In this document: piece by piece, positions 62,850-64,000 of the stretch
How the letters are laid out: each line of letters begins with the position of its first letter
Position numbering within the stretch: the first letter of the stretch is position 1
Assembly: GCA_963777605.1 (NCBI GenBank)
Contig: CAVZRV010000029.1
Coordinates: 128,001 to 192,000 of the forward strand
DNA: 64,000 nt
Direction of reading: 5' to 3'
DNA from: an uncultured Acidobacteriota bacterium
Lineage (GTDB): Bacteria; Acidobacteriota; UBA6911; RPQK01; JAPXNP01
Notes under the pieces: generated by a model
Databases searched by the model: none
Told to the model about the DNA's origin: nothing
The model's input: only the letters and a program-made list of their open reading frames with translations
Program-made: the position numbers and the translations under genes

Positions 62850-63404
62850 TCAGGGCATCAGGACCGAATCGATGACGTGGATCACTCCATTGCTGGTCGA
62901 TATGTCTGCCTTGATGACATGGGCTCCGCCGACCTTGACGCCGACAGCCGTATCGACTGTCAGGGGAGAACCCTGGACGGTGCGCAGGGAGCTGATCCCC
63001 CCGAGGTCGCCGGCTGCGTAGCGGCCGGGAACGACGTGAAAGGTCAGGATGGCCTGCAGCTTCTCGGGGTCCTTGAGGGCGGCCTCGAGGACCTCCTGGG
63101 GGACCTTCGCGAATGCCTCGTCGGTCGGGGCAAATAGGGTGAAGGGGCCCTCAGACTTCAGGGTTTCAACCAGTCCGGCAGCCTGAACCGCTTCCACCAG
63201 ACGGGTGAAGAAGCCCGCCTCGACCGCGGTCTCTACGATGTCTTTCGGTAGGGATCCGCAATGGCCATGCTCTATGGGGTGAGCCTGGGGTGAGCCGGTT
63301 CCCGTGGAACATCCCTTGCGCGGCTTGCAGTACTGCGCCATCGCCATGTTCCACATCATCATCGGCATCATGGGGACCATCATCCAGTTACACTTCTTTT
63401 TCAT
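62850..63404 (-). CDS. Single FAS1 (fasciclin) domain protein with Met-rich N-terminus
   Basis: [25 protein letters not shown] (H1), [21 protein letters not shown] (H2); GAAAGGA SD. Confidence 0.92.
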   Translation of the reverse strand: MKKKCNWMMVPMMPMMMWNMAMAQYCKPRKGCSTGTGSPQAHPIEHGHCGSLPKDIVETAVEAGFFTRLVEAVQAAGLVETLKSEGPFTLFAPTDEAFAKVPQEVLEAALKDPEKLQAILTFHVVPGRYAAGDLGGISSLRTVQGSPLTVDTAVGVKVGGAHVIKADISTSNGVIHVIDSVLMP

Positions 63405-63444
63405 TTCGGTGGTTCCTTTCTACGGAGGTCAAATAGGGAGAGTA

Positions 63445-63483
63445 TGTCTAGTTAGTGTCCATATTGTGTCTATCTATTGTACG
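63445..63483 (-). promoter_or_regulatory. Four 11-bp-phased direct repeats (CarH/LitR-type operator)
   Basis: Minus strand CGTACA-ataga-TAGACA-caata-TGGACA-ctaac-TAGACA. Confidence 0.7.
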
Positions 63484-63506
63484 ATCGAAATCAGTAAGAA
63501 GTTTCA
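63480..63506 (-). promoter_or_regulatory. Putative ECF-sigma promoter of the fasciclin gene
   Basis: TGAAAC-N17-CGTA on the minus strand. Confidence 0.5.
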
Positions 63507-63558
63507 CGATCCCGCGCCTTGGAGATGGTGCGGCACATTCTGATATCTTGATCCCGGG

Positions 63559-64000
63559 ATGACGCCTCTCGAAACAATAAGGAAAGCGGCAAGGCGGTTT
63601 CTGGCTGGAAAGAAGAGGGTGGCGCTGACCGGCGCAGGCATTTCGGTCGATTGTGGAATCCCCGATTTCCGGGGGAAGCACGGAATCTGGTCGCGGTTTA
63701 ACCCGGATGAATATGCCACCATCGAGGCGTTTCTCTCCTACCCTGAGAAGGCGTGGCACTTCTATCGTTGCCTGGGGGACTTGCTCCTCGACCGAAGCCC
63801 GGGTGCGGCCCACCGAGCCTTGGCCGAGCTCGAAAATGGCGGATTGATCGACGGGATTGTGACCCAGAATATCGACGGCCTGCACACTGCGGCCGGCAGT
63901 CGTCAGGTACTGGAGATCCACGGCAGCTTTCAGCAACTGCAGTGCTGTTACTGCCACGAACTGGAAGCCGCCGACCGGTCGGCACTCTCATCCGGGACGG
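63559..64000 (+). CDS. cobB: NAD-dependent deacylase (sirtuin), runs off the window end
   Basis: My translation: LTGAGISVDCGIPDFRG, TQNIDGLH, EIHGS, CCYC. Confidence 0.93.
   Translation, partial: MTPLETIRKAARRFLAGKKRVALTGAGISVDCGIPDFRGKHGIWSRFNPDEYATIEAFLSYPEKAWHFYRCLGDLLLDRSPGAAHRALAELENGGLIDGIVTQNIDGLHTAAGSRQVLEIHGSFQQLQCCYCHELEAADRSALSSGT

Overview
A GC-rich bacterial chromosome segment, probably Acidobacteriota. That assignment is inferred from the rplM-rpsI-rpsB-tsf-pyrH-frr order, the short EF-Ts, the many Tat/Sec-exported hydrolases and the style of intergenic repeats. It holds about 51 genes: translation genes, carAB, speA, a truncated glmU, pilMNOPQ, mglBA, a 2-oxoacid oxidoreductase pair, ackA, nadQ-nadABC, tyrS, pfkA, hom, a sirtuin, and many exported glycosidases, amidohydrolases and proteases. 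I found no tRNA, rRNA, CRISPR array, integrase or transposase. Six otherwise intact genes carry single-base frameshifts, most likely long-read assembly errors. The most interesting signals are small or non-coding: (1) four 11-bp-phased TnnACA repeats (CarH/LitR-type operator) upstream of a fasciclin with a Met/Cys/His-rich N-terminus; (2) a stand-alone sigma region-4 protein sharing an AAAC-N17-CGT ECF-type promoter with that fasciclin; (3) a transposase-free REPIN-like element with compensatory stem changes, bracketed by a dispersed ~55-bp repeat that recurs 14 kb away; (4) exported SelA/DgaE-like and amidohydrolase enzymes; (5) a CX8CX2C radical SAM gene after a divergent mglBA; (6) a perfect NadQ operator and a sigma-54 promoter. 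All calls come from reading motifs; no database searches were run.
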